From NCBI RefSeq assembly GCF_035697385.1, contig NZ_DASSCY010000201.1, positions 22,462 to 86,461 of the forward strand: a DNA stretch of 64,000 bases, given 5' to 3'. Position 1 is the stretch's first letter. Every line of letters starts with the position of its first letter. The translations under genes and the position numbers were made by a program. The notes beneath the pieces are model-generated. The model searched no databases. It was not told where the DNA came from and was given only the letters and a program-made list of their open reading frames with translations. This DNA comes from Mycobacterium sp. (GTDB lineage Bacteria; Actinomycetota; Actinomycetes; Mycobacteriales; Mycobacteriaceae). Of this stretch, positions 8,296 to 18,177 are shown piece by piece.

Positions 8296-9767
8296 GTTTG
8301 CTCCTCTGCGGCGCTCTGGGCCAAGTTGGACTGTGTATAGACACGTCCGTCCGGTCCAACGTACGTGCCGGTGGCTGGGTCGTATTCGGCGGCCGCTATC
8401 GGCGGCGGAGCAGGACTCGGCGGCTGAGGCGCTTCCGCAGGTGACGGCTCCGGGGGCACATGTGGGATCGCCTGCCCGGACAGCGTCGCGTTCGGATCGC
8501 CCTTCCAGTTGTAGCCGTCGTTGAGCGGCACGTAGTACTCGTTGCTCTCGCACTGCTTCCATGTCGGGGCCCGTTTGCCCGGAACGGTGATGCACGGCAG
8601 GTTGCGGGCGCCGCGGACGTTGAATGGCGCGTCCTGCGGCACCCTGCAGTAGAGATCGCCTTCAGGTCGGTCAGGGTAGTCCTCGAATGTGGGCACCCGC
8701 TGCTGCTGGGCTGGCAGGAAGCCGGTGGTGCACGGCGGCGGTAGCTGCTGCGGCGGCAGAGGGATGGGCTGCGGCAGCGCGGGGATCATCAGGTTCAGGT
8801 TGAAGACCAACGCATCGCCTTCGTAGTCCTGTTTGGTGTTGCGCTTGTGCACGCCGACGGCCTGCGTGACGGCGGTGCCCTGGGGCAACAGCACCAGCAG
8901 CTGCTCGAGGCTGGGTTGGTAGGTGACGGCCACCTCGCCGATGCTGACCAGGTTGGCCAGCACAATGGGCAGCGTTGGCTGCAGCCGATCGAACAGGGAT
9001 CGCACCTCATCGGCGGCGCCGGGGCCGTTCTGAAGGATGCCGGCCACGGCTGGATCCTGGCTCTGCAGCTGGCCGGTGACGCTCGCCAGGTTCGCCGCCC
9101 ATTCCTGGATCGAGCCTGCGGTCTCGGTCTGGGTGTCCAGGACCGGCTTGGATTGATCGATCAGTGTTGTCAGGGGGTCCAGGTTCTTGCGAGCGTCGAT
9201 GGCCAGCGCGGTGCTGCCGTTGACCAGCCGGCGAAGCTCCGGCCCGAGGCCGCCGACCGCCACATAGGCCTCGTCGATGACCGTCTTGAGGTTGTCACGC
9301 GGGATCGCCTCCAGACCGCGCGTCGTGTCGTTCAAGACCGTGTTGATATCGGTCGGAATCGTGGTGCGGTCCACAGGGATGACGTCGCCGTCTTGGAGTG
9401 CCGGCCCCTGCCCACTTCGCGGGATCAGCTGCACGTACTGCTCCCCAACGGACGAGACGCTGTGCACTTCGGCCTCGACGTCGGCGGGGATCTTGATGTC
9501 CGAGGTCAGCTTCATCACCGCCTCGACACCGGCACCGGAATCGGTCAGCTCGACGCTGTCGACTGTTCCCACCTGTGCACCGCGGTAAGTGACGTTGGCC
9601 CGCGGATACAACCCCCCGGTCTCTGGCAATTCGACTGTGACGCGGTACTGCCCGATGCCGAACATCTCGGGCACCCGCGCATACCCGAACAACATGATCG
9701 CGAGTGCCGTGGTCGCCACCACGGCGAAGATCGCCATCTGAATGAGGATCCGCCGAGTCAAAATCAT
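8259..9767 (-). CDS. mceF: MceF family MlaD-domain protein
   Basis: GGLYPRANVTYRGAQVG, HSVSSVGEQYV, YCRVPQD; sixth mce gene. Confidence 0.92.
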   Translation of the reverse strand: MILTRRILIQMAIFAVVATTALAIMLFGYARVPEMFGIGQYRVTVELPETGGLYPRANVTYRGAQVGTVDSVELTDSGAGVEAVMKLTSDIKIPADVEAEVHSVSSVGEQYVQLIPRSGQGPALQDGDVIPVDRTTIPTDINTVLNDTTRGLEAIPRDNLKTVIDEAYVAVGGLGPELRRLVNGSTALAIDARKNLDPLTTLIDQSKPVLDTQTETAGSIQEWAANLASVTGQLQSQDPAVAGILQNGPGAADEVRSLFDRLQPTLPIVLANLVSIGEVAVTYQPSLEQLLVLLPQGTAVTQAVGVHKRNTKQDYEGDALVFNLNLMIPALPQPIPLPPQQLPPPCTTGFLPAQQQRVPTFEDYPDRPEGDLYCRVPQDAPFNVRGARNLPCITVPGKRAPTWKQCESNEYYVPLNDGYNWKGDPNATLSGQAIPHVPPEPSPAEAPQPPSPAPPPIAAAEYDPATGTYVGPDGRVYTQSNLAQSAAEEQTWQTMLLPPKGN

Positions 9768-9768
9768 G

Positions 9769-10926
9769 TCAGGGTCCCTGATCGAATCGGTACGGAGCGA
9801 TCAGCGGGTTGCCGGCGCCGTTCGGCGGGGCGCTCCCAGTACACGGGCTGGGGAATTGGCCGATGGTGCGGCCCCACTGAATCTCCAGCCAGGTCAGATC
9901 GCACTCCCACCGCGACCCGGTGAAGATTCCGGAGTCGATCCGACTCAACGTCAGGTCGAGGATCAACGTCAGGTTGGCATAGTCGCCACGCATCCAGTTG
10001 GTCAGCGTCTCCTTGGGGAACGGGAACGTGGGCAGGAAGCTCAGCGCACGGGTCAGCGCGGGGCCGGCGTCGGCCAGTGACTGCAGCACCGGCCCAATGT
10101 CTTTGAGCTCTTGGACGAGTGCTTCCTTGGTCTGGTTGACAGAGTCGGCGGCCAGGGCGCTGAACTTACCCAGCTGCGCGAGCGCTTCGGACAGGTTGTC
10201 GCGCTGATCCCGCAGCACGGCCAGCGCATCGGGGATGGTCCGTAATGCCTTGTCCACCACCGGTTTCTGCTCGGCGATCTGACCGAACAAGTTGTTCAGG
10301 CTCTCCGACGCCGCGATAATGTCGCCCTTTTGATCGTCGAGGTAGCCGATCGCCTTGTCGAGCTGCTCGATCAGGCTGCGCAAGTCGTTCTCGCGGCCGG
10401 CGAACGCGGTGCTCAACGCCTCGGTGATGTCATAAATGTTTCCGAACCCACCGCCATTGAGCAGCAAGGCAATCGCGGCCAGCGCCTGCTCGGTAGTCGG
10501 GTATGCACCAGCCGAGGCCAGCGGAATCACCGAACCTTCACCCAATTTGCCTTCGGGCGCAACGTCGGCCGGTGGCGCCAATTCGATGTGTTGTGACCCG
10601 AGCAGGCTGGTCTGCCCGACCTTGGCCGTCACATTGGCCGGCAACTGCACGTCGCGGTTGAGTGTCATCGTCACCAGCGCATGCCAGCCCTGACGCTCGA
10701 TCTTGCTCACCGTGCCGACATTCACATCGCCGACCCGCACGCGGGAATTCTGTTCGACGTTGTCGACGTCGGGCATCTGCGCCTGGACGGTGAACGAGCC
10801 GGGGCCGACGCCCTGAACCCCCGGCAGCGGAACTGAATTCAGCCCTTGCCAGCCGCACCCGGACACCGCGAGACCAAGCACCAGCATTCCCGCCGCGACA
10901 CGTTGCCACGTAGCCCGCATCATCAT
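9769..10926 (-). CDS. mceE: MceE (LprK-type) lipoprotein
   Basis: Lipobox LAVSGC, NSRVRVGDVNVG, QTSLLGSQH. Confidence 0.92.
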   Translation of the reverse strand: MMMRATWQRVAAGMLVLGLAVSGCGWQGLNSVPLPGVQGVGPGSFTVQAQMPDVDNVEQNSRVRVGDVNVGTVSKIERQGWHALVTMTLNRDVQLPANVTAKVGQTSLLGSQHIELAPPADVAPEGKLGEGSVIPLASAGAYPTTEQALAAIALLLNGGGFGNIYDITEALSTAFAGRENDLRSLIEQLDKAIGYLDDQKGDIIAASESLNNLFGQIAEQKPVVDKALRTIPDALAVLRDQRDNLSEALAQLGKFSALAADSVNQTKEALVQELKDIGPVLQSLADAGPALTRALSFLPTFPFPKETLTNWMRGDYANLTLILDLTLSRIDSGIFTGSRWECDLTWLEIQWGRTIGQFPSPCTGSAPPNGAGNPLIAPYRFDQGP

Positions 10927-12260
10927 GGTCCGACTCTCCCCGGCTCGCGCGTGGGCCCAGGCGGCGCCATCATCCCGTGCAGGCCGTCTGCCGGATTGGT
11001 GGCCATCGCCTCTGCAGGCAGCGGCGGGCCCGGCGGTGCAGGCGGCGCAGGCGAGCCGTCCGGTAGCGGCGGGGCCTGGGGCGCAACCCCCTGCGGCGGA
11101 ATGTAATCCGGCCGCATCCAGTCCTCGCTGAAGGTGAGCTCATTCGGTCGCGTCGTGGCACCGACGAAGACGTTCTGCGAGACGGGCAGGAAGTTGTACT
11201 GGCGATTCTTCATGATCGGCGCCAGGTATTGCACGCACAGCTTCGCCGACTCCTCGGCGCCCAGCCGTGATGCTGCTTGAACAGCGCCGCACAGAAAGGA
11301 AATCGGGTTGGCGAAGTTGTTGATCATCGGCACGCTGCTGACCGCGCCCTGCGCTGGTTGCCAGATGTTCACATAGTTCTGCAACGTGTTGGGCGCCACG
11401 TGCAGGAACTGTTTGACGTCGTCGAGGCTGTCGGTCAGCGCCTGGGTCACTCCTGCCAACTTGTCCGACGTGGTGCCCAGCGCTTCGCGGTTCTCGGCCA
11501 CGAACGACTGCACTTGGGGCACAACGGCGTTGAGGTCGCGCACGGCGCTGGCCACTTCATCCGGGTTGTCCGCGAGCAGCCCGGTCACCGACGCCAGGTT
11601 CTGGTTGAGCTGTCGCATCAAGTCGGTGCTGTCCTGAAGCGCCGACACCAGAATCGCCAAATTCTTGACGGTCGAGAAGATGTCGGTGCTGTGATCACCG
11701 AGAGCCGAAAACGCCTGCGACAGTTTGATGACAGTGTCGCGGATGTTGGCGCCCTCGCCGCGCAGGTTGTCCGCAGTGGTGTTGATGAGCGAACCCAGCG
11801 GGCTCACCCCGCCGGGCTCGGTCGGCTGCAACGTGTCGGCAAGCTTCTCCAGCTGCTGACGCACCTCGTCCCACTCGACCGGCACAGCAGTTCGTTCCCG
11901 CGGGATGACCGTGTCGGCCTTCATCACCGGCCCACTGGTGTAGACGGGGGTGAGCTGAATGGCGCGTGCAGTCACCAATGTCGGCGACAGGATCGCCGCT
12001 TTCGCGTCGGCAGGCACCTTGTACTTGCTGTCATACCAGAACGAGATCTTCACCTGCTCTGGCTGCGGCTCGATTTCGGTGATCTTGCCGACATTCACAC
12101 CGAGGATGCGAACGTCGTCGCCAACGTAGATGCCCGTGCTGTCCTCGAAGTACGCGACAACCTTTGTGCGGTTGATGGTTTCAGTGGTCCGAAACAGGAC
12201 GACCACGCCGGCCACCAACAGCACTACAAGGCCGACTCCTACCCAGGCTCTGCGGTTCAT
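10923..12260 (-). CDS. mceD: MceD family protein
   Basis: GIYVGDDVRILGVNVG, VPVEWD; Pro-rich tail. Confidence 0.92.
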   Translation of the reverse strand: MNRRAWVGVGLVVLLVAGVVVLFRTTETINRTKVVAYFEDSTGIYVGDDVRILGVNVGKITEIEPQPEQVKISFWYDSKYKVPADAKAAILSPTLVTARAIQLTPVYTSGPVMKADTVIPRERTAVPVEWDEVRQQLEKLADTLQPTEPGGVSPLGSLINTTADNLRGEGANIRDTVIKLSQAFSALGDHSTDIFSTVKNLAILVSALQDSTDLMRQLNQNLASVTGLLADNPDEVASAVRDLNAVVPQVQSFVAENREALGTTSDKLAGVTQALTDSLDDVKQFLHVAPNTLQNYVNIWQPAQGAVSSVPMINNFANPISFLCGAVQAASRLGAEESAKLCVQYLAPIMKNRQYNFLPVSQNVFVGATTRPNELTFSEDWMRPDYIPPQGVAPQAPPLPDGSPAPPAPPGPPLPAEAMATNPADGLHGMMAPPGPTREPGRVGP

Positions 12261-13615
12261 TGCCCACCCTCCTGAGCTGGAAGGTGCGGCGCCTCACCCG
12301 GTGCGGGCACCAGGACAGGACTCGGTGTCGGCTGCGGCGTGGAATCCAAACCAGCCGGTGCTTCGGCGGGCGGTCCAGGAGGCGGACCACCGGGCGGGGG
12401 TGCGGGCAGCGGTTCGCGGTACGGGTAGCAGCCTGTCGGCCCGGGCAACGGCAGGCCGGGCGGACCGCAACCCTGATCGCCCGGATTGCCGGTAATGGCG
12501 TCGGGCAGCGTCAGACGCGGGTCGCCGCCTTGGCCGGTGCGCGGGTAGGGCACCGGCAACGCCGGTGTCCCCGGCTGGCCGACCTGTGGGTCGCTACGTT
12601 CCGAAGGCAGCAGCACGTTGGGATCCAGACCGAGGTCGGAGAACGCCGCGTCGATGAACGGCTGCACGAACTGCCCCGGCAGCAGGTTTGCGACATAGGT
12701 CTTGAAGAAGGGCCCGGATGCCACCGATTCGCCAAGCGACATCGAGTATTTGGTGAGCAGTTCGAGCGACTTCTGCAGGCGTTCCTTGCGGTTGTCGAGG
12801 ATCGTGAGCACCCCGTTGAGCTTGTCGAGTGCGGGTTTCATCGTCGCGCGGTTCTCACCGATGAAGCCCTGCAACTGCTGGCTGAGCGCGGAGACGTTGC
12901 CGGAGATCTGATCCAGTGCGGCGCTTTGGTTTTGGAGCTCGATCAGCAGCGCGTTGGTATTGGAGACGAGGCCGACGATCTGGTTGCTGCGCTCAGCCAA
13001 AACCGCGGTCGTCTTGTCGGCGTTGGTCAGCAGACCACGCAGTTGCGAATCGCGCTCGTTGAGCGTCTCCGAGAAGCGCGCGACACCTTCTACCGCGATC
13101 TTCAGTTCGGGAGGAGTGTCGGCGAACGTTTCCGACAACACCCTCAAGGAATCCGACAACTGGTTGGTGTTCAGACCGCTGATGGTCGTCGCGAGCTCCC
13201 CTAACGCGTCGGGCAGCTGATACGGCGACGTGGTGCGATCCAATGGGATAGTGCCCTCCTGTTGGCCATCGCCACGGGAATACACCTCGAGGATCTTCGT
13301 TCCCAGCAGGCCTTTGGTCTTGATCGCCGCCTCGGTACGATCCCCAAGCCGGATGTTCTTTTGGACGGTGAACTTGATGAGCACCCGCGGACCATCCAGC
13401 TCGATCGAGGTCACCTTGCCCACCTGGAAACCCGAAACCTGTACGCCCGCATCACCTGTGATACCGCCGGCCTCGGCGAAGTAAGCCGAGTACTCCTTGG
13501 TCTGGCTGAGGAAGGGCAGCTTGTCGTATTGCAGTGCGCCGACCACGATGCCGATGGTGATCGCCAGCCCGATGGCCCCGATGACCAATAGATTCCGCTC
13601 ACTGAAAGGCTTCAC
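12257..13615 (-). CDS. mceC: MceC family protein
   Basis: GTG start (VKPFSERN) overlapping the mceB stop; VQVSGFQVG, TKGLLG. Confidence 0.92.
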   Translation of the reverse strand: MKPFSERNLLVIGAIGLAITIGIVVGALQYDKLPFLSQTKEYSAYFAEAGGITGDAGVQVSGFQVGKVTSIELDGPRVLIKFTVQKNIRLGDRTEAAIKTKGLLGTKILEVYSRGDGQQEGTIPLDRTTSPYQLPDALGELATTISGLNTNQLSDSLRVLSETFADTPPELKIAVEGVARFSETLNERDSQLRGLLTNADKTTAVLAERSNQIVGLVSNTNALLIELQNQSAALDQISGNVSALSQQLQGFIGENRATMKPALDKLNGVLTILDNRKERLQKSLELLTKYSMSLGESVASGPFFKTYVANLLPGQFVQPFIDAAFSDLGLDPNVLLPSERSDPQVGQPGTPALPVPYPRTGQGGDPRLTLPDAITGNPGDQGCGPPGLPLPGPTGCYPYREPLPAPPPGGPPPGPPAEAPAGLDSTPQPTPSPVLVPAPGEAPHLPAQEGGQ

Positions 13616-14643
13616 TTCGGCGCGCACCTCCCCGTGCTCTGGCCCGCGACCTTGACGTACACCGGCTGGCCGCCCTTGCCGTTGAGCTTGAGCACGATGT
13701 CGCACAGGTAGAAGCTGAAGAAGTCGCCGTAAATGCCTTGCCGCGCAAGTGCTTGATAGGCATCCGGCAATGTGTTGATCAGGTTGTCGAAGTATTCGTG
13801 ATCTGCCACCACGATTCCCGCGGCCCGGTCCGTCTCCTGGATCGTCTTCGCAAACGGCGGACGGGCCTGTGCCAGCAGGTCGGTGATGCTTCCTGCGGCT
13901 GCGTTGGTGTACGCCAGGCCGTTGCTGATGTCCTCTTTACGCTCCGCCAGGCCCTGCACCAGTTCGGCAAGCGCGTCGACAGCCTTTGAGAATTGGTCGT
14001 TCTGGTCCCCCAACGATCCGAGTACCACGTTGAGGTTGATGATGACCTCACCGATCAGCTGATCCCGGTCGGCCAGTGTGGTCGTCAGCGCGGCGGTCTG
14101 GGCGAGGAACGAGTTGATGGTTCCGCCCTGGCCCTGCAGGGCAGCAATCAACTGGCCCGACAACGCGTTTACCTGTTCCGGATCCAGTGCCCGAAACAGC
14201 GGCCGGAACCCACCGATCAATGCGTCCAGGTCCAACGCCGGCGACGTGCGCGCCATCGGGATCGTGTCACCCATGTTGAGCTTCTTGGTGGCGCCCGTGC
14301 CTTCTTCCAGTGCCAGGTACCGCCCGCCGATCAAGTCGTCGTAGCGGATGACGGCTCGGCTGCCCTCCGTCAGCACCACCGAATCGTCGGCGGTGAATTC
14401 AACCAACGCCGTGGTGTCGGGCTGAATCTCGACCTTCTTCACCTGGCCGACCTCGACGCCCGCGATGCGGACGAAGTCGCCGTTCTCCAACCCAGTCACG
14501 TTGGCGAACTCGGCGTTGTAGCTCCTGGCTTTCTCGCCGAACCGCAGCTGCCCGAAGACCGCGTAGAGGCCGAACACGCCCAGCAGGCACACAGCCAGAA
14601 AGACGGCAAGGCGTAATCCGACGCCTCCCAGGCTTTCTCTCAT
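13612..14643 (-). CDS. mceB: MceB family protein
   Basis: GLENGDFVRIAGVEVG, IRYDDLIGGRYL, LDLDALIGGFRPLF. Confidence 0.92.
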   Translation of the reverse strand: MRESLGGVGLRLAVFLAVCLLGVFGLYAVFGQLRFGEKARSYNAEFANVTGLENGDFVRIAGVEVGQVKKVEIQPDTTALVEFTADDSVVLTEGSRAVIRYDDLIGGRYLALEEGTGATKKLNMGDTIPMARTSPALDLDALIGGFRPLFRALDPEQVNALSGQLIAALQGQGGTINSFLAQTAALTTTLADRDQLIGEVIINLNVVLGSLGDQNDQFSKAVDALAELVQGLAERKEDISNGLAYTNAAAGSITDLLAQARPPFAKTIQETDRAAGIVVADHEYFDNLINTLPDAYQALARQGIYGDFFSFYLCDIVLKLNGKGGQPVYVKVAGQSTGRCAPK

Positions 14644-14680
14644 GGCCGGTTACCTTTCCTTGTTGCCGGTCTGCGGACGG

Positions 14681-16132
14681 TCATGGTGACGGGACCACCG
14701 CCGTCGGCAGTGGAATAGGCGGTAGCGGGGTCGGCTGCATTTGTGCGGGGGCGTGGACGATGAACGGCTCCGTGCCCGGCGTCGGACCCGGCTCCCGTGG
14801 CGCCATCGGCGGAGGCGCCGGCGGCAGACCCGGCCACAATGGCGTGCCGTCCGGCGCGTAGAGGTCCGCTCCGTACGCAGGGGCGCCTGGATACGGAATC
14901 GGTCCCGGCGCAGGCCCGCCGAACAGATTACGAATGCTCGGAGGCTCTGGCACCGCACGGGTGACGGGTAGGTAGTTGGCCCAGGCCGGGAAGCCGATGC
15001 CGGGATTCGGTCGCCAATCCACGCCGGTGCCGAATCCGGTGTTGGTGACGAGATTGCGCACCGGCCAGTTCTGCGCGACATCCGGCAGAGAGCCGCAGCT
15101 TGGCTTGCCGCCGGGTCCGCCCTTGGCGCCGATCACCGGCAGGTTGGTCGGGTAGTGGTACGGGTCGTCCCCGAGCGCCAGCGAAGTGTCGAGCACGAGA
15201 GTTCGGCCATTGCCGCCGGGCGCTTCGTAACCTCCGGTATCCAGCAAGGTTTTCGCGCCCACCAGCAGACAGGTGTACTCGGGATTGTACTTGTACAACA
15301 GGTTGGTCGTCGGCTCCAGCACGTTGATGGCCCTGATGAGATTGGCCTGATTCGGAGCCAGCAGGCTGATGCCACTGTTCGAAAGCCCAATCGTGGCCAG
15401 CAGCAACGCATCCAACTGTTTTGCGTGGCTGGTGATTGTGGTACTGGTCGTGCTCGCCGCGTTCAGAACGGACAAAATGTCTTGCGCCGCAACACTAAAG
15501 GTGTCGTTGAAATCCTTGAGCGCACGCCAGTCGGCTCGTAGCGTCTCATCGCGCGAGTTCAGTTCGAGCAGAACCTGATTGGCATCGGTGGTGGCCTGAC
15601 CGATCCGTTCGCCCTGTCCACGGACGCCTTCGGCGAGTGCGGACAGTGTGCTGTTGAGCTTGGCCGGGTCGATCGTGTCCAGCACAACAACGACGTTCTC
15701 GAACACCGTATTGACCTCGGTGCTGACGTTCGTCGACTTCAGCACCTGACCGGACGCCAGCCGCTGCGAGCTGGGATCGCTGGGGTAAACCAGGTCGACG
15801 AACTTCGCACCGAAGACCGTGGTGGCCCGGATCCGCGGTTCAACGTTCGCTGGAATGTTCTTGAGCTGCGTCGAATCGATCTCCAGCTTCAGCACCACGG
15901 GCTCCTTGCCGCCACTGATCTCGGCGACGCGCCCCACCTGGACGCCACGCAGCTTCACCTTGGCGTTGGTCTCCATCACCAAGCCCGCCCGGTCGGAGGT
16001 CAACGTCACCGGCACGGACCTCCGGAACGTCCCGGTGAACAAGGCATACGTCAGCCAGATAGCGGCGGCGAGCACCACCACCAGGATGAGCGTCGCCCAT
16101 CCGGGATGCATGCCTTCTTCTCTGTCGTCCAT
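14681..16132 (-). CDS. mceA: MceA family protein (Mce3A-like)
   Basis: SDRAGLVM..AKVKLRGVQVG, ATTVFGAKFVDL; resembles Mce3A as recalled. Confidence 0.92.
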   Translation of the reverse strand: MDDREEGMHPGWATLILVVVLAAAIWLTYALFTGTFRRSVPVTLTSDRAGLVMETNAKVKLRGVQVGRVAEISGGKEPVVLKLEIDSTQLKNIPANVEPRIRATTVFGAKFVDLVYPSDPSSQRLASGQVLKSTNVSTEVNTVFENVVVVLDTIDPAKLNSTLSALAEGVRGQGERIGQATTDANQVLLELNSRDETLRADWRALKDFNDTFSVAAQDILSVLNAASTTSTTITSHAKQLDALLLATIGLSNSGISLLAPNQANLIRAINVLEPTTNLLYKYNPEYTCLLVGAKTLLDTGGYEAPGGNGRTLVLDTSLALGDDPYHYPTNLPVIGAKGGPGGKPSCGSLPDVAQNWPVRNLVTNTGFGTGVDWRPNPGIGFPAWANYLPVTRAVPEPPSIRNLFGGPAPGPIPYPGAPAYGADLYAPDGTPLWPGLPPAPPPMAPREPGPTPGTEPFIVHAPAQMQPTPLPPIPLPTAVVPSP

Positions 16133-16136
16133 TGCA

Positions 16137-16991
16137 CTAACCAGCCAGGTTGAAGTTGCCGGATTGGCCGTAGATGGCGAGCGACATCATCACGAGAACG
16201 AACGCGGCAATGATCAATGACATGCGCACCGCACGCCCGACCGCCTCACCAACGCCGGCGGGACCGCCGCGTGCGGTGAAGCCGTAATAGGTGTGCACGA
16301 GCATGATTACCACGGCGAGCGCCACGCACTGGATGAATGACCAGAACAAATCGGTGGGGTTCAGAAATGTTCTGAAGTAATGGTCGTAAACGCCCGTCGA
16401 TTGGCCGTAGAGGACGGTAGTGCCGAATCGCGCCGCCCAGAACGCCGCAAGCACACCCACGCAATAGAGCGGAATCACGACGAGTAGGCCGGCCACCACC
16501 CGAGTGGACGCGAGGTAGGCGACGCTGCGGATGCCCATCACCTCCAGCGCATCGATCTCCTCGTTGATCCGCATGGCGCCGAGTTGTGCTGTGGCGCCAG
16601 CGCCGATCGTCGCCGACAGTGCAACCGCGGTCGTGGCGGGCGCGATCAGCCGCACATTGAAGAAGGCCGACGCGAATCCCGTCAAGGCCTCGACACCGAT
16701 CTCCGAGAAGTCGGTGTACCCCTGCACGGCCACGAGCGCGCCGGTGGTCACCGTCAGGAACCCGACGATCGCGACCGTTCCCCCGATGATGATCAAGGCA
16801 CCTGCGCCCAATCCCATCTGGGCGATGAGCCGGATCAACTCGACCCGGTACTGGGTGACGGCGATGAGGATCGACCGAAGGGTGCGGCCGTAGAACTTCG
16901 TCTGCCGCCCAACGCTATTCCAGCCGTCAACCCAGGGACGCGCCCGGCCTTTCAGCCACGGGAACTGGGAATGGGGCTTCGAGACTGTCAC
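16137..16991 (-). CDS. yrbEB: YrbEB / MlaE-type permease
   Basis: GAGATAQLGAMRINEEIDALEVMG, GGPAGVGEAVG. Confidence 0.93.
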   Translation of the reverse strand: MTVSKPHSQFPWLKGRARPWVDGWNSVGRQTKFYGRTLRSILIAVTQYRVELIRLIAQMGLGAGALIIIGGTVAIVGFLTVTTGALVAVQGYTDFSEIGVEALTGFASAFFNVRLIAPATTAVALSATIGAGATAQLGAMRINEEIDALEVMGIRSVAYLASTRVVAGLLVVIPLYCVGVLAAFWAARFGTTVLYGQSTGVYDHYFRTFLNPTDLFWSFIQCVALAVVIMLVHTYYGFTARGGPAGVGEAVGRAVRMSLIIAAFVLVMMSLAIYGQSGNFNLAG

Positions 16992-17755
16992 ATTGTCACC
17001 TTTACGGCGACGGCGGTGGCGACGACATTGATGGCGAACAACGCCATGAAAGTGAACACCACCGTTTCGTTAACGGCATTTCCGACGCCGGCCGGGCCGC
17101 CGCGCACGGAAATGCCTTTGTAGCAAGCGATCAGGCCGGCCGACAGCCCGAACAACGCGGCCTTCAGCAGCGCGATCGTGACATCGGCAGCGCCAATGAT
17201 GAGTGTCAGGCCGGACGCGAACGCACCCGGCGAGACGTTCTGAATGTAGATGCAGAAGAAATAGGCGCCGGCCAGACCGACGAGGATCACCGAAGCGGAA
17301 AGGGCAAGCGACACCAGCGTTGCGGCCAGCACGCGGGGAACCACAAGGGCCTGAATGGGGTTGACACCCATCACCCGCAACGCGTCGAGCTCCTCTCGAA
17401 TCGTGCGCGCACCGAGATCGGCACACATGGCGGTCGCACCGGCGCCTGCGACCACCAGCACGGTGACGATCGGCCCGATCTGACGCACCGTGCCGAGCGC
17501 GGCACCGGTTCCAGAGAAATCGGCGGCACCGAACTCCCGCAGCAGGATGTTGAAGGTGAACGTGAGCAACACCGTGTAGGGGATCGTCAACATCAGCGTC
17601 GGCACGATCGACACTCGCGCGACAAACCAACTCTGTGTGACGAACTCGCGCCATGCGAATGGGGGCTGGAACATCGCGACGAACGTGTCAAGAGCCATCG
17701 CGTAGAAGCCACCGAAGGCGCGCACCGGCTTGGCGACGACGTCGGAAGCGACCAT
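16988..17755 (-). CDS. yrbEA: YrbEA / MlaE-type permease
   Basis: CADLGARTIREELDALRVMG, GGPAGVGNAVNETVV; start MVASDVV preceded by GGAAGGA Shine-Dalgarno. Confidence 0.93.
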   Translation of the reverse strand: MVASDVVAKPVRAFGGFYAMALDTFVAMFQPPFAWREFVTQSWFVARVSIVPTLMLTIPYTVLLTFTFNILLREFGAADFSGTGAALGTVRQIGPIVTVLVVAGAGATAMCADLGARTIREELDALRVMGVNPIQALVVPRVLAATLVSLALSASVILVGLAGAYFFCIYIQNVSPGAFASGLTLIIGAADVTIALLKAALFGLSAGLIACYKGISVRGGPAGVGNAVNETVVFTFMALFAINVVATAVAVKVTM

Positions 17756-17859
17756 TAACCAGTCCTTCCTCGTACGTTCGACGTTGCCATGGGCCACTGC
17801 GCCCACGATCGCATCGACCTGTACCACTGTGACACGCGACACACGACGTTGACCGAAGA

Positions 17860-17889
17860 ACGGTACATCAAATTTTTCGCAGCTAGCAA
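17860..17889 (-). promoter_or_regulatory. Candidate SigA promoter of the mce operon (TTGCTA-N18-TACCGT)
   Basis: Minus-strand hexamers at 17884-17889 and 17860-17865, about 100 nt upstream of yrbEA. Confidence 0.45.
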
Positions 17890-18004
17890 CACGTAACAGG
17901 GGCAACGTGACCATCGCCACGTGTGCCGCCTGGTATGCGACGACCAATGCCGGAATCCCTTCTGGGACAACGTCAACCAGGCGCGAATTGCCACACCATG
18001 ACGC

Positions 18005-18030
18005 GTTTTGGGCGGATCGCGGCCCAAAAC
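18005..18030. promoter_or_regulatory. Inverted repeat GTTTTGGGC-N8-GCCCAAAAC (operator or terminator)
   Basis: Perfect 9-bp arms in the intergenic region between the VOC gene and the mce operon. Confidence 0.45.
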
Positions 18031-18177
18031 TGTTGGCAGCGGCCACTGCACGCCATGCATTAGGGCCAGGGCTCGGCGGCGACCTTCAGCAAACTTCCGC
18101 ATCCTCGGCGAGTTGGGCCACCGCGCAGCGCTGGGGAACAAAAATCCTCTTCAACCGGCGTCAGCCGTTGCTGAGCC

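Noticed and set aside
16988-18046. 352-aa extended YrbEA, and other long N-terminal extensions in the ORF track (927, 3654, 4818, 8595, 13705, 34704, 43611, 43796, 53293, 62950)
   Set aside because: Homology begins at downstream starts that have Shine-Dalgarno or -10 support; the extensions overlap other genes or promoters.
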